Under the pieces are notes generated by a model. It saw only the letters and a list, made by a program, of their open reading frames with translations, was not told the origin of the DNA and searched no databases. A stretch of 64,000 nt of DNA. Source: Thermoproteota archaeon. GTDB lineage: Archaea; Korarchaeota; JAOZGF01; JAOZFZ01. Below, piece by piece: positions 29,094 to 42,462 of the stretch (positions are counted from its first letter, which is position 1; each line of letters opens with the position of its first letter). The translations under genes were made by a program, and so were the position numbers. The stretch spans positions 288,001 through 352,000 of the forward strand of contig JAOZFT010000004.1 of assembly GCA_027492035.1 (NCBI GenBank), read 5' to 3'.

Positions 29094-29327
29094 TTAAATG
29101 GAGTGGATGGTTATTAAAGTTTGGGTGCTTCTTATTCCTTCTATGGCCCTAACTCTCTCAACCACGTTTTTAAGGGACCCCTTCTCTTCAGTATTTACTT
29201 CAAGCACTATGTCATACATGCCCGTTACTAAATGGGCTACCTTCACTCCCTCTATTTTCCTGGATTCCTTAAGAATGTAATCTTCCCTTCCAGGTTCAAC
29301 CTCTAAAAGCATGAAAGCCTTATACAT
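29094..29327 (-). CDS. Stand-alone Lrp/AsnC ligand-binding (RAM) domain protein
   Basis: VTGMYDIV, IEGIRSTQTL. Confidence 0.88.
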   Translation of the reverse strand: MYKAFMLLEVEPGREDYILKESRKIEGVKVAHLVTGMYDIVLEVNTEEKGSLKNVVERVRAIEGIRSTQTLITIHSI

Positions 29328-29372
29328 TTTTGTTCTTCTCCCTCCTCCCCTTTTCTGTATCTTCTCTATTTC

Positions 29373-29664
29373 GCCAAGTTGGCTGTAATCCGCCTTCTAT
29401 TTATAGTTGGCATTCAACTGAGCGGATTGTTCCCTTCGCTGCAAGTCCTCATAAGGGCCTCCAATCCTTAGGCTTCAAGCACAGCCGTTTCACTAAATCT
29501 TACGGGGTCTTCTGGAAGTCCACTTCCTTCATCACCACCTCCCGTAAGGTATATCGTTTCTGTGCTGGAGGAGGTTTCTCAACCTGTGCCTTTCGGCACC
29601 TTGAACTTGCAGACGCCGGCGGATTTCTTCAGTGCATAGACCGTAAGCCAACCGCCAACTTGGC
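29373..29664 (-). ncRNA. rnpB: RNase P RNA (type A-like, atypical P4)
   Basis: P1 GCCAAGUUGGC/GCCAACUUGGC, P2 GUUGGC/GCCAAC, P4 AAUCCGCC/GGCGGAUU, P6 CUGCAAGU/ACUUGCAG, P8 and P9 GNRA hairpins, ACAGAAAC and GUGAAACGG, P15 GGAUUG/CAAUCC. Confidence 0.88.
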
Positions 29665-29669
29665 TTCCA

Positions 29670-29703
29670 AGCAAATGCTCCTTTACGCTAGGTTTATGCT
29701 GCT
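29670..29703 (-). other. 3' strand of 23S processing stem (BHB with 32768-32801)
   Basis: AGCAGCAUAAACCUA-GCGU-AAA-GGAGCAUUUGCU pairs with AGCAAAUGCUCC-ACGU-UAA-UAGGUUUAUGCUGCU. Confidence 0.9.
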
Positions 29704-29708
29704 GGTTT

Positions 29709-32762
<3,054 letters not shown>

Positions 32763-32959
32763 TCCCTAGCAGCATAAACCTATTAACGTGGAGCATTTGC
32801 TCGGCATCACAGGTTACTTTCAACCTTCGCCCTTCGCCTTAAAGAAGAGACTCTTTAAGGCTGCATCAAGGAGTAATAACAAAGAATAAACTAAAACAAC
32901 TTTAATACGTGTTGTATAAGGAGAGATAGAATGGAGGTTCTTAGTGCAAAGTGGCTTAT

Positions 32960-34449
<1,490 letters not shown>

Positions 34450-34604
34450 CCGCAAGGCTTTAAAAGAAGCACTAAGAACCTCCATCAGATTTAAACCGCA
34501 TGGTTTAAATCCTCCTTTTCTTGTGTCCATGCGTGGATTAAGTCTTTCATTAATCAGGTTTTCTCCTTCATTTTTCCGACTTTAACGCCACATGGACCGC
34601 CAAG

Positions 34605-34650
34605 CTTATATAAAGCCTTTTGTCATTTAAAAATTTTACTATAAAAGGGT
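34605..34650 (-). promoter_or_regulatory. Candidate BRE/TATA promoter(s) of the rRNA operon
   Basis: Minus strand AAAAGGC-TTTATATA at about 34621-34607 and a second TTTTATAG just upstream. Confidence 0.5.
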
Positions 34651-35044
34651 TTTATTAATTTATTGTGAGTTAAACGAAAAATAAAAAAGCGTTGCTTCTA
34701 TACCTTCGTTTCGTTGAAAACAAGCCCTGTCAGCTTAGTTTGACAATATATCCCTTCCTTTATCAAATCCCCCAGCCTTTTTCTATTTCCAAATTAATTC
34801 CATAGCGTAAGCAGAGATTCCACCTCTAAACTGAAGTGAGGTTTCAAGAAGTTATATAGTAAAACAAATCAACCGTTTTAACCAAATTTTAGCTTAAATA
34901 AATGAACTTTGCAATTTTCTTGTAAGTATGGAAACCAATACTGTAAAAAAGAGGAGAGAAATGGTGAAGGAGTCCAATAACCCAAAAATTCCTTTTATAA
35001 GTGTATACCCCAGGCTTCTCTGAACATTTTAATCGCTTAAAAGT

Positions 35045-35220
35045 AAATTAGCAAAATTTTTTGATATCTTTACTTGCAATCTGTATCCTTAAGTTGTTCT
35101 CAGCTTTTACATCCAAGCAACTACTAAATGCACCTTATACAGGCACTAGTTTCAAGTAAATGAGTTGCAAGGCTATGTTTTAACCATGAGGAGTAACCTC
35201 CTTATTTGCAGCTTTTTCAA
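35045..35220 (-). pseudogene. Tyrosine recombinase/integrase remnant (box II region)
   Basis: KEVTPH-(fs)-LKHSLATHLLETSACIRCI**LLGCKS-(fs)-RTT*GY, matching the HxLRHxxAT..LLGH..TTxxY pattern with stops and frameshifts. Confidence 0.75.
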
Positions 35221-35619
35221 CTGTTTGTTAAATTCCTCCTTTACCGTATTCTCAAAAATAAAACCAGTATCTGTGGATGAATGGAATGCTTACCTTCCCT
35301 CGGGTATGCAGTGATTTATTAAGGATTTAACAGCGTAGCAGTCGCCCTTACGAAACTGTTAAATTTGATAGATAAATATAATACTTGGTAAGTAAAGATG
35401 GAAAGAGAACATATTAAAGGAGGAAAATAATATGATGGCTTAGTTACTCTTCAGTTCTTCACACTTTGTTCTTCAGGTTACTTAAATGGTGGACATACAA
35501 CTTCTCTAAGTTTATAACTGTTCAGGTATTTAACGATCCAATGAACAAAAGTGCTTTAGATATCTCAACCATTACAAAGGCAATCTACACCTCGTTTCGA
35601 TTTTTTCTCGAGTTTTCAG

Positions 35620-35632
35620 GTTCCACTGGAAC
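35620..35632 (-). promoter_or_regulatory. Possible mini-ORB (Orc1/Cdc6 binding box)
   Basis: GTTCCAGTGGAAC on minus strand about 550 nt upstream of cdc6; no G-string, only one good copy. Confidence 0.3.
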
Positions 35633-35855
35633 TCGTCATAACCGCTATTTATTGTCTAGCAAGAAGGTAACAGAACCTACAAAGTATTTTTCAGGGAAGG
35701 TTAAAGAGTTTTAGTTTTAATTTCTGTCCTTTGTTTTCAAACGTGTCATGTGTTATTTTTTAGGTTTATCTTTTTCAAGTCCTCCTGTTTAAAGGAGAGA
35801 AGTAAAATTTTAAAAGGTATATACATTTGTTAGGTAGTAGTTCTTAAAAAAGGTT

Positions 35856-35954
35856 GCCGCCGTAGCTCAGCCGGTAGAGCGAGGGACTTGTAATCCCTTG
35901 GTCGAGGGTTCAAAAACCTGTGTGTTTCCCAGGTTGGGAATCCCTCCGGCGGCT
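35856..35954 (+). tRNA. tRNA-Thr(TGT) with 26-nt T-loop intron (about 35914-35939)
   Basis: GCCGCCG/CGGCGGC, U73, AGGGA-CT TGT AA-TCCCT; hairpin AACCTG/CAGGTT inserted in TTCAA|AT. Confidence 0.9.
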
Positions 35955-35969
35955 GTCCCTATCTCTCCA

Positions 35970-36060
35970 GGGGCCGTGGGGTAGCTAGGTCTAGCCTTCG
36001 AGACTTGGGCTCTCGAGAGTGTTCATCCGAGAAACCCCGGTTCAAATCCGGGCGGCCCCA
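35970..36060 (+). tRNA. tRNA-Pro(TGG) with 16-nt variable-loop intron (36018-36033)
   Basis: GGGGCCG acceptor; CGAGA-CT TGG GC-TCTCG; helix CTCG/CGAG with AG|A and AA|A bulges. Confidence 0.9.
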
Positions 36061-36188
36061 CCTATCTTCTTTTTGTAACTCCTTTGTACTTATTAATGTA
36101 TTACCGCGCTTTCCTATGGATTTTTAAACTCTACAACACCCTTTTTTATTGTCTCCTTGAACCTTGTAACTTTTTAAAGGGGTTTTTG

Positions 36189-37373
36189 ATGTCTCTGGAA
36201 GAAGGTGTAGAGAACGTTTTTGACAGGATTCCTTTGCAATCAAGCATTTTTAAAAGAAGAGAAGTAGTTAGGTTTGACTATGTTCCTTCACAGCTTCCTT
36301 ACAGGGATGCTGAGATAATGAAAATGGCACTTATCCTTTCATCTATTTTTAGAGAAGCTGTTCCCTCAAATATATTTATTTACGGAAAAACTGGGACAGG
36401 CAAAACCGCCGTTTCCATGTTTGTTAAAGATCAGTTGATAAAGAAAGCTAACCAACTTAAAAAACCTGTAATAGTGAATTACATAAATTGTAGGATAAGC
36501 GATACAAGCTATAGAATACTTACTCAGTTGACGCGTTTCTTGGACCCAAAAGTCCCCTTTATAGGTTTACCTTACGATGAAATTTATGAGAGGTTTATTT
36601 CAAAACTTGCTGAACATAACCTTTTCTTTGTTGTTTTTTTGGATGAAATTGATCAGCTGGCTGGGAAAGGGGACGATAAAATACTGTACTCCTTAATCAG
36701 GATAAACTCTGAGCTTTCAAATGGAGGCTTAAGCATAGTTGGAATAACTAATGATTTGAAATTTAAAGAAACTCTTGACCCAAGGATAGTAAGTGCTTTA
36801 AGTGATGAAGAAATCTTTTTTGAACCATATAATGCTGAGCAGCTCCTCCGCATCTTAAAAGACAGGGCTGAGGAAGCTTTCGTGGACGGGGCAATTGATG
36901 ATTCAATTTTACAGGTAATTGCTGCATATGCTGCTAGAGAAGGAGGTGATGCAAGAACTGCCATTGACTTGTTAAGGTTAGCTGGCGAATTAGCTGAAAG
37001 AGAAGGGGATGTTAAAGTCAAAATGAGACACGTTGAAAGGGCAAGAGTGAAAATGAAAGACGATCTGTTCTACAGAGCAATAACAACTCTTTCTCTGCAA
37101 AGTAAACTTGTTCTTTACTCTATAGCTCTGTTAACGAAAATAAATGAAGAAGTAATTACAACAGGGAAAGTTTACTCTACTTACTCCAGAATTTGTGAGA
37201 AAATCAATGTTGACAAGCTCTCCAAAAGAAGAGTTAGTGACATAATCAGGGAACTGGACATGATAGGATTAATTAGTTACAGAATCGGTCATGTGGCGCG
37301 TGGAAGAACAAAGAAAATTCATCTTGAATACAACCACAAAAAGATCTTAGAGCTGCTTAATGAGACAATTTAG
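36189..37373 (+). CDS. cdc6: Orc1/Cdc6 replication initiator
   Basis: YGKTGTGKT, LDEID, PYNAEQL, GDARTAI, C-terminal winged helix. Confidence 0.96.
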   Translation: MSLEEGVENVFDRIPLQSSIFKRREVVRFDYVPSQLPYRDAEIMKMALILSSIFREAVPSNIFIYGKTGTGKTAVSMFVKDQLIKKANQLKKPVIVNYINCRISDTSYRILTQLTRFLDPKVPFIGLPYDEIYERFISKLAEHNLFFVVFLDEIDQLAGKGDDKILYSLIRINSELSNGGLSIVGITNDLKFKETLDPRIVSALSDEEIFFEPYNAEQLLRILKDRAEEAFVDGAIDDSILQVIAAYAAREGGDARTAIDLLRLAGELAEREGDVKVKMRHVERARVKMKDDLFYRAITTLSLQSKLVLYSIALLTKINEEVITTGKVYSTYSRICEKINVDKLSKRRVSDIIRELDMIGLISYRIGHVARGRTKKIHLEYNHKKILELLNETI

Positions 37374-37405
37374 TTTCTCCCTCCCATAAAGAAGTTTATT
37401 TGAAG

Positions 37406-38938
37406 CTACAGGAACCTCTTCCTAAAAATTTGTTGATTACCCATGTTAACTAGTTGCACTATTCCAGGGGTAGGGTTAATGTTCATTTCAGCTTGGTAAA
37501 TTGTTTTACGTTGCCATGTTCCGGAGGCTATACATGTTATCCCATTCACTCTCTTCTCTCCATTTATGTGTAGATGTCCCGTTTGCACAATGTCAGGAGG
37601 GTCCTCTATCAAATGAAAATCAAAACTTTCAGGAGCTAATGGTACATTAGAGCCGTAAAGAGGAGATAAGTGCCGGCTTATTAACATTTCATGAATAGCT
37701 TCCTCCGGCTTATTCCTTTTTCTTCTGGGTAAAACTGTGTTCCAATCCTCCAAACTCTTTCCGTGGTAAATAAGTACTTTATAACCGTCAATTACTACTC
37801 TTGAAGGGTTACCTAAAGAATATATTCGTCTCTCCTCCTTTAAAGGTTCGATGTAGTGGTGAATAATTGATGGTTGAGGTTCAGAAAGCCTAGTAGCGTC
37901 GTGGTTCCCAGGAACAAAAATTATATCCAAGTAATTAGGCACTTTCTTCATATATTTTATGAAAAGGTCATACTGCTTACCTATATCCCTCTCCATTAAT
38001 TCATTTTCTTGCCCAGGGTAAACACCCACTCCATCCACTAAATCCCCAGCAATTATTAAATATTTGATTTTAGAAACAATCCTTTTCTCTTTTTCGTTTC
38101 CCCTTTTCAGATTTAACCATTCTAAAAATTTTTGAAATTCTTTCTGAAGAAACGCTTTGCTTCCTATGTGTAGATCAGAAATAAAGGCCATATAAATTTC
38201 CCTCTCAAAAGTTTTCGGTTTGGTTCTAGGAGGCCCTGGAAAATAAATTACTTCAGCATTCAACACCCCCTTCTTCCATACCCTACCCTTAACCCCTATC
38301 ACTTGGTCAGGTATAATATGTGCTGCCTCAGCCATGTTCTTGTTTACTATGACTTTAATTGAACCAGTTAAATCTTCAAGTTCCAAGATATAGTTCCCTT
38401 TTAGGCTCTTCCTTTTTGAAAAAACCATTCCCACAATGGTTACTTGTTTTCTCTCCTGTGAGCTGTATTTCTGTATGTCTTCTATGTCTTCAACTTCTCT
38501 CCCTTCAATTTTAGACTCAATTATTTTTCTTAACCTAATGTATCTGTTAATAAATAACCGAATAAAATCTGTTATTTTCTCTCCTCGGTTTATGTACCTA
38601 CTTGGGTCAAGCTCAACCTCTATTTTCCCATCCCAATCCTTAGCAGTCTCTTCTTGCAAAAAACCTTCAGGTAAAAATGTTTCAATTTCCTCTCTACCCT
38701 TTTCTTTCCTTTCTTCTCTGTTTTCCTTCTTCAAAAGGTTTAGAATCTTTTCCACCAGTTCTATCTTAACCACTACACCCCTACTCTGCGACTCCTGCAG
38801 TTTTTCTATGAAGAAATCAATTATAGACTTTAGGTTCATTTCGGAAAAATTTTTTAGGAGAGGTAATGCTTCAGAAGGGAGTAAGTACCCTTTTTCAGCA
38901 GTTTTAGCAAGTAATTCCTTGATCTCTTTGTTTTGCAT
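37406..38938 (-). CDS. DNA polymerase D small subunit DP1
   Basis: ISDLHIGS, AGDLVDGVGVYPGQ, PGNHD, RHLSPLYG, GHLH; start moved to ATG 38938 because the track ORF overlaps a tRNA. Confidence 0.95.
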   Translation of the reverse strand: MQNKEIKELLAKTAEKGYLLPSEALPLLKNFSEMNLKSIIDFFIEKLQESQSRGVVVKIELVEKILNLLKKENREERKEKGREEIETFLPEGFLQEETAKDWDGKIEVELDPSRYINRGEKITDFIRLFINRYIRLRKIIESKIEGREVEDIEDIQKYSSQERKQVTIVGMVFSKRKSLKGNYILELEDLTGSIKVIVNKNMAEAAHIIPDQVIGVKGRVWKKGVLNAEVIYFPGPPRTKPKTFEREIYMAFISDLHIGSKAFLQKEFQKFLEWLNLKRGNEKEKRIVSKIKYLIIAGDLVDGVGVYPGQENELMERDIGKQYDLFIKYMKKVPNYLDIIFVPGNHDATRLSEPQPSIIHHYIEPLKEERRIYSLGNPSRVVIDGYKVLIYHGKSLEDWNTVLPRRKRNKPEEAIHEMLISRHLSPLYGSNVPLAPESFDFHLIEDPPDIVQTGHLHINGEKRVNGITCIASGTWQRKTIYQAEMNINPTPGIVQLVNMGNQQIFRKRFL

Positions 38939-38973
38939 TTCTTTTTCCGCTTTCCTCTGTTTAAAAGAGCTTA

Positions 38974-39066
38974 TGCGGGGGGAGGGATTTGAACCCTCGC
39001 AGGACTGAACCACCAGATCTCTAATCCTTGAGTCTGGCGCCTTTAACCTGGCTCGGCAACCCCCGC
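38974..39066 (-). tRNA. tRNA-Leu(CAA) with 8-nt insert in anticodon loop (39019-39026)
   Basis: GCGGGGG acceptor, A73, long variable arm; CCAGA-CT CAA G|GATTAGAG|A-TCTGG. Confidence 0.88.
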
Positions 39067-39068
39067 TT

Positions 39069-39623
39069 TCACTTCAAAATATCTAATAAAGCCACTTTTT
39101 CAATTAAAAATTTTAGGGTTTTATCCTTTAAAGTTTTACCCGAGAAGCCACTTCTTTCTAACTCCCCCTTCTTCACTTTAAACTCATTAAAGATTTCCTT
39201 TAAATCCCCTTTAAACTTTCTTTCAATTTTTGCTCCCTCATTTTCCAGAATCCTCTTGATTGTTTTGTTTTCCTTATTAGATAACGCCTCTTCCTTTGTC
39301 AGAAACACTATTCCAAGTGTTTCATTAAAGATTTTATTCTTCATTTTCGCTTCTTTTATTTGTCTCTCGCCGAATAAGTAACAAATAAACTCTATTTCCA
39401 TGTTTCTAGAAACGTTTGTTCCATCCTTAAAAGCTCTTAAGGTATGTAAAATTGAAGTTTCCACTTGTTTTTGGGACAAAACTATTTTAGGGTTTAAAAA
39501 AACTACTTTGCAATCAGTCCTCTTCTCTATTTCCTCTTTAACTTTAAACATTCTTTTCTCTAATTCTTCTTGTTGTTTTTCTAAGCTGAAAACAATATAT
39601 TCAGGTGCATTAGAGAAGGGTAT
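39069..39623 (-). CDS. cgi121: KEOPS subunit Cgi121 (start ATA 39623 or ATG 39551)
   Basis: HTLRAF..GTNVSRNMEIEFICYLFGERQIKEA, LIEKVALL. Confidence 0.85.
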   Translation of the reverse strand: MPFSNAPEYIVFSLEKQQEELEKRMFKVKEEIEKRTDCKVVFLNPKIVLSQKQVETSILHTLRAFKDGTNVSRNMEIEFICYLFGERQIKEAKMKNKIFNETLGIVFLTKEEALSNKENKTIKRILENEGAKIERKFKGDLKEIFNEFKVKKGELERSGFSGKTLKDKTLKFLIEKVALLDILK

Positions 39624-39653
39624 TCTTACCTCCTCCTTTCAAATATAATTAAA

Positions 39654-39747
39654 CGGGCCCGGCGGGATTTTCATCCATTATAGAATTTTGAACCCGCAAT
39701 CTTCGGCTCCGGAGGCCGAAATGTTGTCCTTTTTACACCACGGGCCC
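39654..39747 (-). tRNA. tRNA-Arg(CCG) with 19-nt T-loop intron (about 39669-39687)
   Basis: GGGCCCG acceptor, TCGGC-CT CCG GA-GCCGA; insert within TTCAA|AT. Confidence 0.88.
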
Positions 39748-39770
39748 ATAGGAAAAAGAGGAAATGGACG

Positions 39771-40448
39771 CTAAGTCACTTCAGTACCTACCTCCTTCTT
39801 CTCTAAAAGAATTTTTAAAATGTTTGTGGGGAAAGAACCGTTACAAATATGCAGCTTTATGGTTGATCTTTCCAGTACTTTTAAGGCTACCGGATCTAGA
39901 AGTTCATAACTTCCCGGTTGGAACTTTAGTTTTTCAAGAAGCAGTTTCAGGTCTTTATAAGTTATCTTACTTATTTTTTCAGCATTTTTCACTCTTCTAG
40001 GATCAGCTGTATAAACTCCATCGACGCTTGTACACTTTACAACGATATCAGCACCTAAAGCTTCCGCTAAAATAGCTGCTACAGCGTCTGTAGATTGTCC
40101 AGGGAACATTCCACCTGCAAAGCATATTTCGAAGCTTTTAAGTGCTAATTTCGCCTCCTCTATACTTTCAATATATTTCGGGTATACGTGATGCTTCAAG
40201 GCTGCTATGAAAACCATTGAATTCAATTTTGCTGCCTCCATACCTATTAAATCACAAAAAAAATTGTTTGCACCCAGTTTTTCAGCCATTTCTATTCTTT
40301 CACGTGCCAAACGTCCTCCACCCACTACAACAGCTATTTTCCATTTCTTTTTAATTAATTCATAAAATACCTCCACGTACCCTCTCAGAATTTCTGAGGC
40401 ATCTCTTTCTGAAAAAATGAAACCTCCAATCTTGACTACAGCTTTCAA
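39771..40448 (-). CDS. pyrH: Uridylate kinase
   Basis: VVKIGG, VVVGGG, PGQSTDAVAA, VDGVYTADP; TTG start after GAGGAGG. Confidence 0.95.
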   Translation of the reverse strand: MKAVVKIGGFIFSERDASEILRGYVEVFYELIKKKWKIAVVVGGGRLARERIEMAEKLGANNFFCDLIGMEAAKLNSMVFIAALKHHVYPKYIESIEEAKLALKSFEICFAGGMFPGQSTDAVAAILAEALGADIVVKCTSVDGVYTADPRRVKNAEKISKITYKDLKLLLEKLKFQPGSYELLDPVALKVLERSTIKLHICNGSFPTNILKILLEKKEVGTEVT

Positions 40449-40600
40449 ATAGGGCCTCCTCTTCAAAACCTTTTTATAAAGGAAGTACTTTTTAATTTCT
40501 TTTTTTCTTATTTCACTATATCTCATAAATTTTTTAAAAGGCACCCTTTAGGGGGAATGTAAAGATTTCCTCCCTGAGAAACTTTATAAGAGGTTTTGCA

Positions 40601-41848
40601 ATGAACAATTCCAAAGCAGAGAATGAGAGGTTGTTCAAGAAAAGAATAAAGGAGCTTTCAAAAATTAAGGGGTGGGGTACTGAATTAATTTCTCTCTATA
40701 TCCCTCCAGAAAAAAATTTAGCTGAAGTAACAAATTACTTAAAAAGGGAGTATAGTCAAGCTAGCAATATAAAGGACAAAATTACAAACAAAAACGTAAG
40801 AGCTTGCATAAAAACGATAATGCAAAGATTGAAAACCATCAATAAACCCCCTAAAAACGGTTTAGCTATATTTTGTGGAGCAATTCCAACTTCCAACTCC
40901 AGGGGAACGGAAAAAATAGAAATTTTTCTTATTGAACCCATAATGCCTATTAAAGCCTTCATTTATAGATGTGGAGGTTCATTTTTCCTTGAACCACTGG
41001 AAAAAATGGTTTTACCTAAAGAAATTTACGGCTTCATCGTCATAGACAGGGAAAAAGCTGTTATAGGATTAATTAAAGATGTTTATGTCCAGTTGCTTGG
41101 CAAATACACGTCAGGTGCTCCAGGGAAGCATAGTAAGGGAGGGCAATCCCAGCAAAGATTCAACAGGTTAAGGGAAAAAATAATTCTTGAATACTTTAGA
41201 AGAGTAGGGGAACATGCCACTTCCTTCTTTAGAGGAACCCCTAACTTGAAAGGGATCATAATAGGAGGACCTGGTTTTGCAAAACAGGACTTTCTTAGAG
41301 CAGATGCCTTACCTTCAGATTTAGAAAATAAAGTGGTTGGATTAATAGATATAGGTTACGGTGGTGAGGAAGGAGTTCGTGAACTGGTTTCAAAAGTTGG
41401 TGAAGTATTATCTGGCCTAGTAATTGTCAAGGAAAAGAAGTTAGTTCAAGATTTCTTCAAAAAAGTTGTTGAAGAACCAAATTTGGTAACTTACGGATTT
41501 AATAACGTGTTTGAGGCGTTGAGGAGAGAAGCAGTTGCCACTTTACTTCTTTCAGAAAATTTAAGCCTGCATAGAGTTAAGCTTACCTGTAGAACCTGTG
41601 GATACATAGATGAAAAAATATTAAATGGGAAAGAAATTAATGAAATCGTTACGAAGGGTGTACCCTGTCCAAAATGCAACAGTCCTCTCTATATAGAAGA
41701 AGAAAAGGACTTATTTGAAGAATTAATTGAAGAAGCTGGTAAACATAACGCTGAAGTGTTTATTGTATCTGCAGAAACAGAAGAAGGGAAACAATTTGCT
41801 TCAGCCTTCAATGGGGTTGGTGCTCTACTTAAATACCCCCTAACCTAA
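40601..41848 (+). CDS. prf1: Peptide chain release factor aRF1
   Basis: TELISLYIP, ASNIK, YRC, GGQS motifs. Confidence 0.97.
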   Translation: MNNSKAENERLFKKRIKELSKIKGWGTELISLYIPPEKNLAEVTNYLKREYSQASNIKDKITNKNVRACIKTIMQRLKTINKPPKNGLAIFCGAIPTSNSRGTEKIEIFLIEPIMPIKAFIYRCGGSFFLEPLEKMVLPKEIYGFIVIDREKAVIGLIKDVYVQLLGKYTSGAPGKHSKGGQSQQRFNRLREKIILEYFRRVGEHATSFFRGTPNLKGIIIGGPGFAKQDFLRADALPSDLENKVVGLIDIGYGGEEGVRELVSKVGEVLSGLVIVKEKKLVQDFFKKVVEEPNLVTYGFNNVFEALRREAVATLLLSENLSLHRVKLTCRTCGYIDEKILNGKEINEIVTKGVPCPKCNSPLYIEEEKDLFEELIEEAGKHNAEVFIVSAETEEGKQFASAFNGVGALLKYPLT

Positions 41849-41969
41849 AAACTCCTTATTGAGTTAAAGTAAGCCTACAAAATCTAGCTGGAAAAAGTAC
41901 AGGAACCGTAAAATTTAACTTTCCACAACAAAACCTCTCGCAACCGAAATACGGTTTTAAGACTCTATG

Positions 41970-42052
41970 TGGACCGGGCGGGATTCGAACCCGCGTTCAC
42001 TGCCTCTTTCTTCTATGCGAAGGCAGCGTGTTTCCACCTGCACCACCGGCCC
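41970..42052 (-). tRNA. tRNA-Ala(CGC) with 10-nt 37/38 intron (42006-42015)
   Basis: G3:U70, CTGCC-TT CGC A|TAGAAGAAAG|A-GGCAG. Confidence 0.88.
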
Positions 42053-42205
42053 AACGAAAACATGCTAAAATAATGAATAACAAATTACGTTTTTAAACTT
42101 TGTCGCAAGGTTTTTAAAGCTAAAGCCTTTAATAAAAGAATGTATCTTCATCCTTATTAGGTACCTTTTACTTGCTACGTCAGTTCTAAAGATTCTTTTT
42201 TTCAT

Positions 42206-42299
<94 letters not shown>

Positions 42300-42462
42300 T
42301 TTTTCATTTTCATTTTTTTCAACGTTTTCAAACTTCTCCTTTACATCTCCATTTTTATATTTTTCTTTCTCTTTTAGAAAGTTCGGGGAAGGCAATAGTT
42401 TACCTTTCGTGATTTTCAGCCTTTCCTTTACAAAGGAGAGAACATGTAGGGAAAATGAAGCC

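Noticed and set aside
35466-35714. 82-aa plus-strand ORF in the gene-free tract
   Set aside because: No recognisable motif or SD; probably spurious
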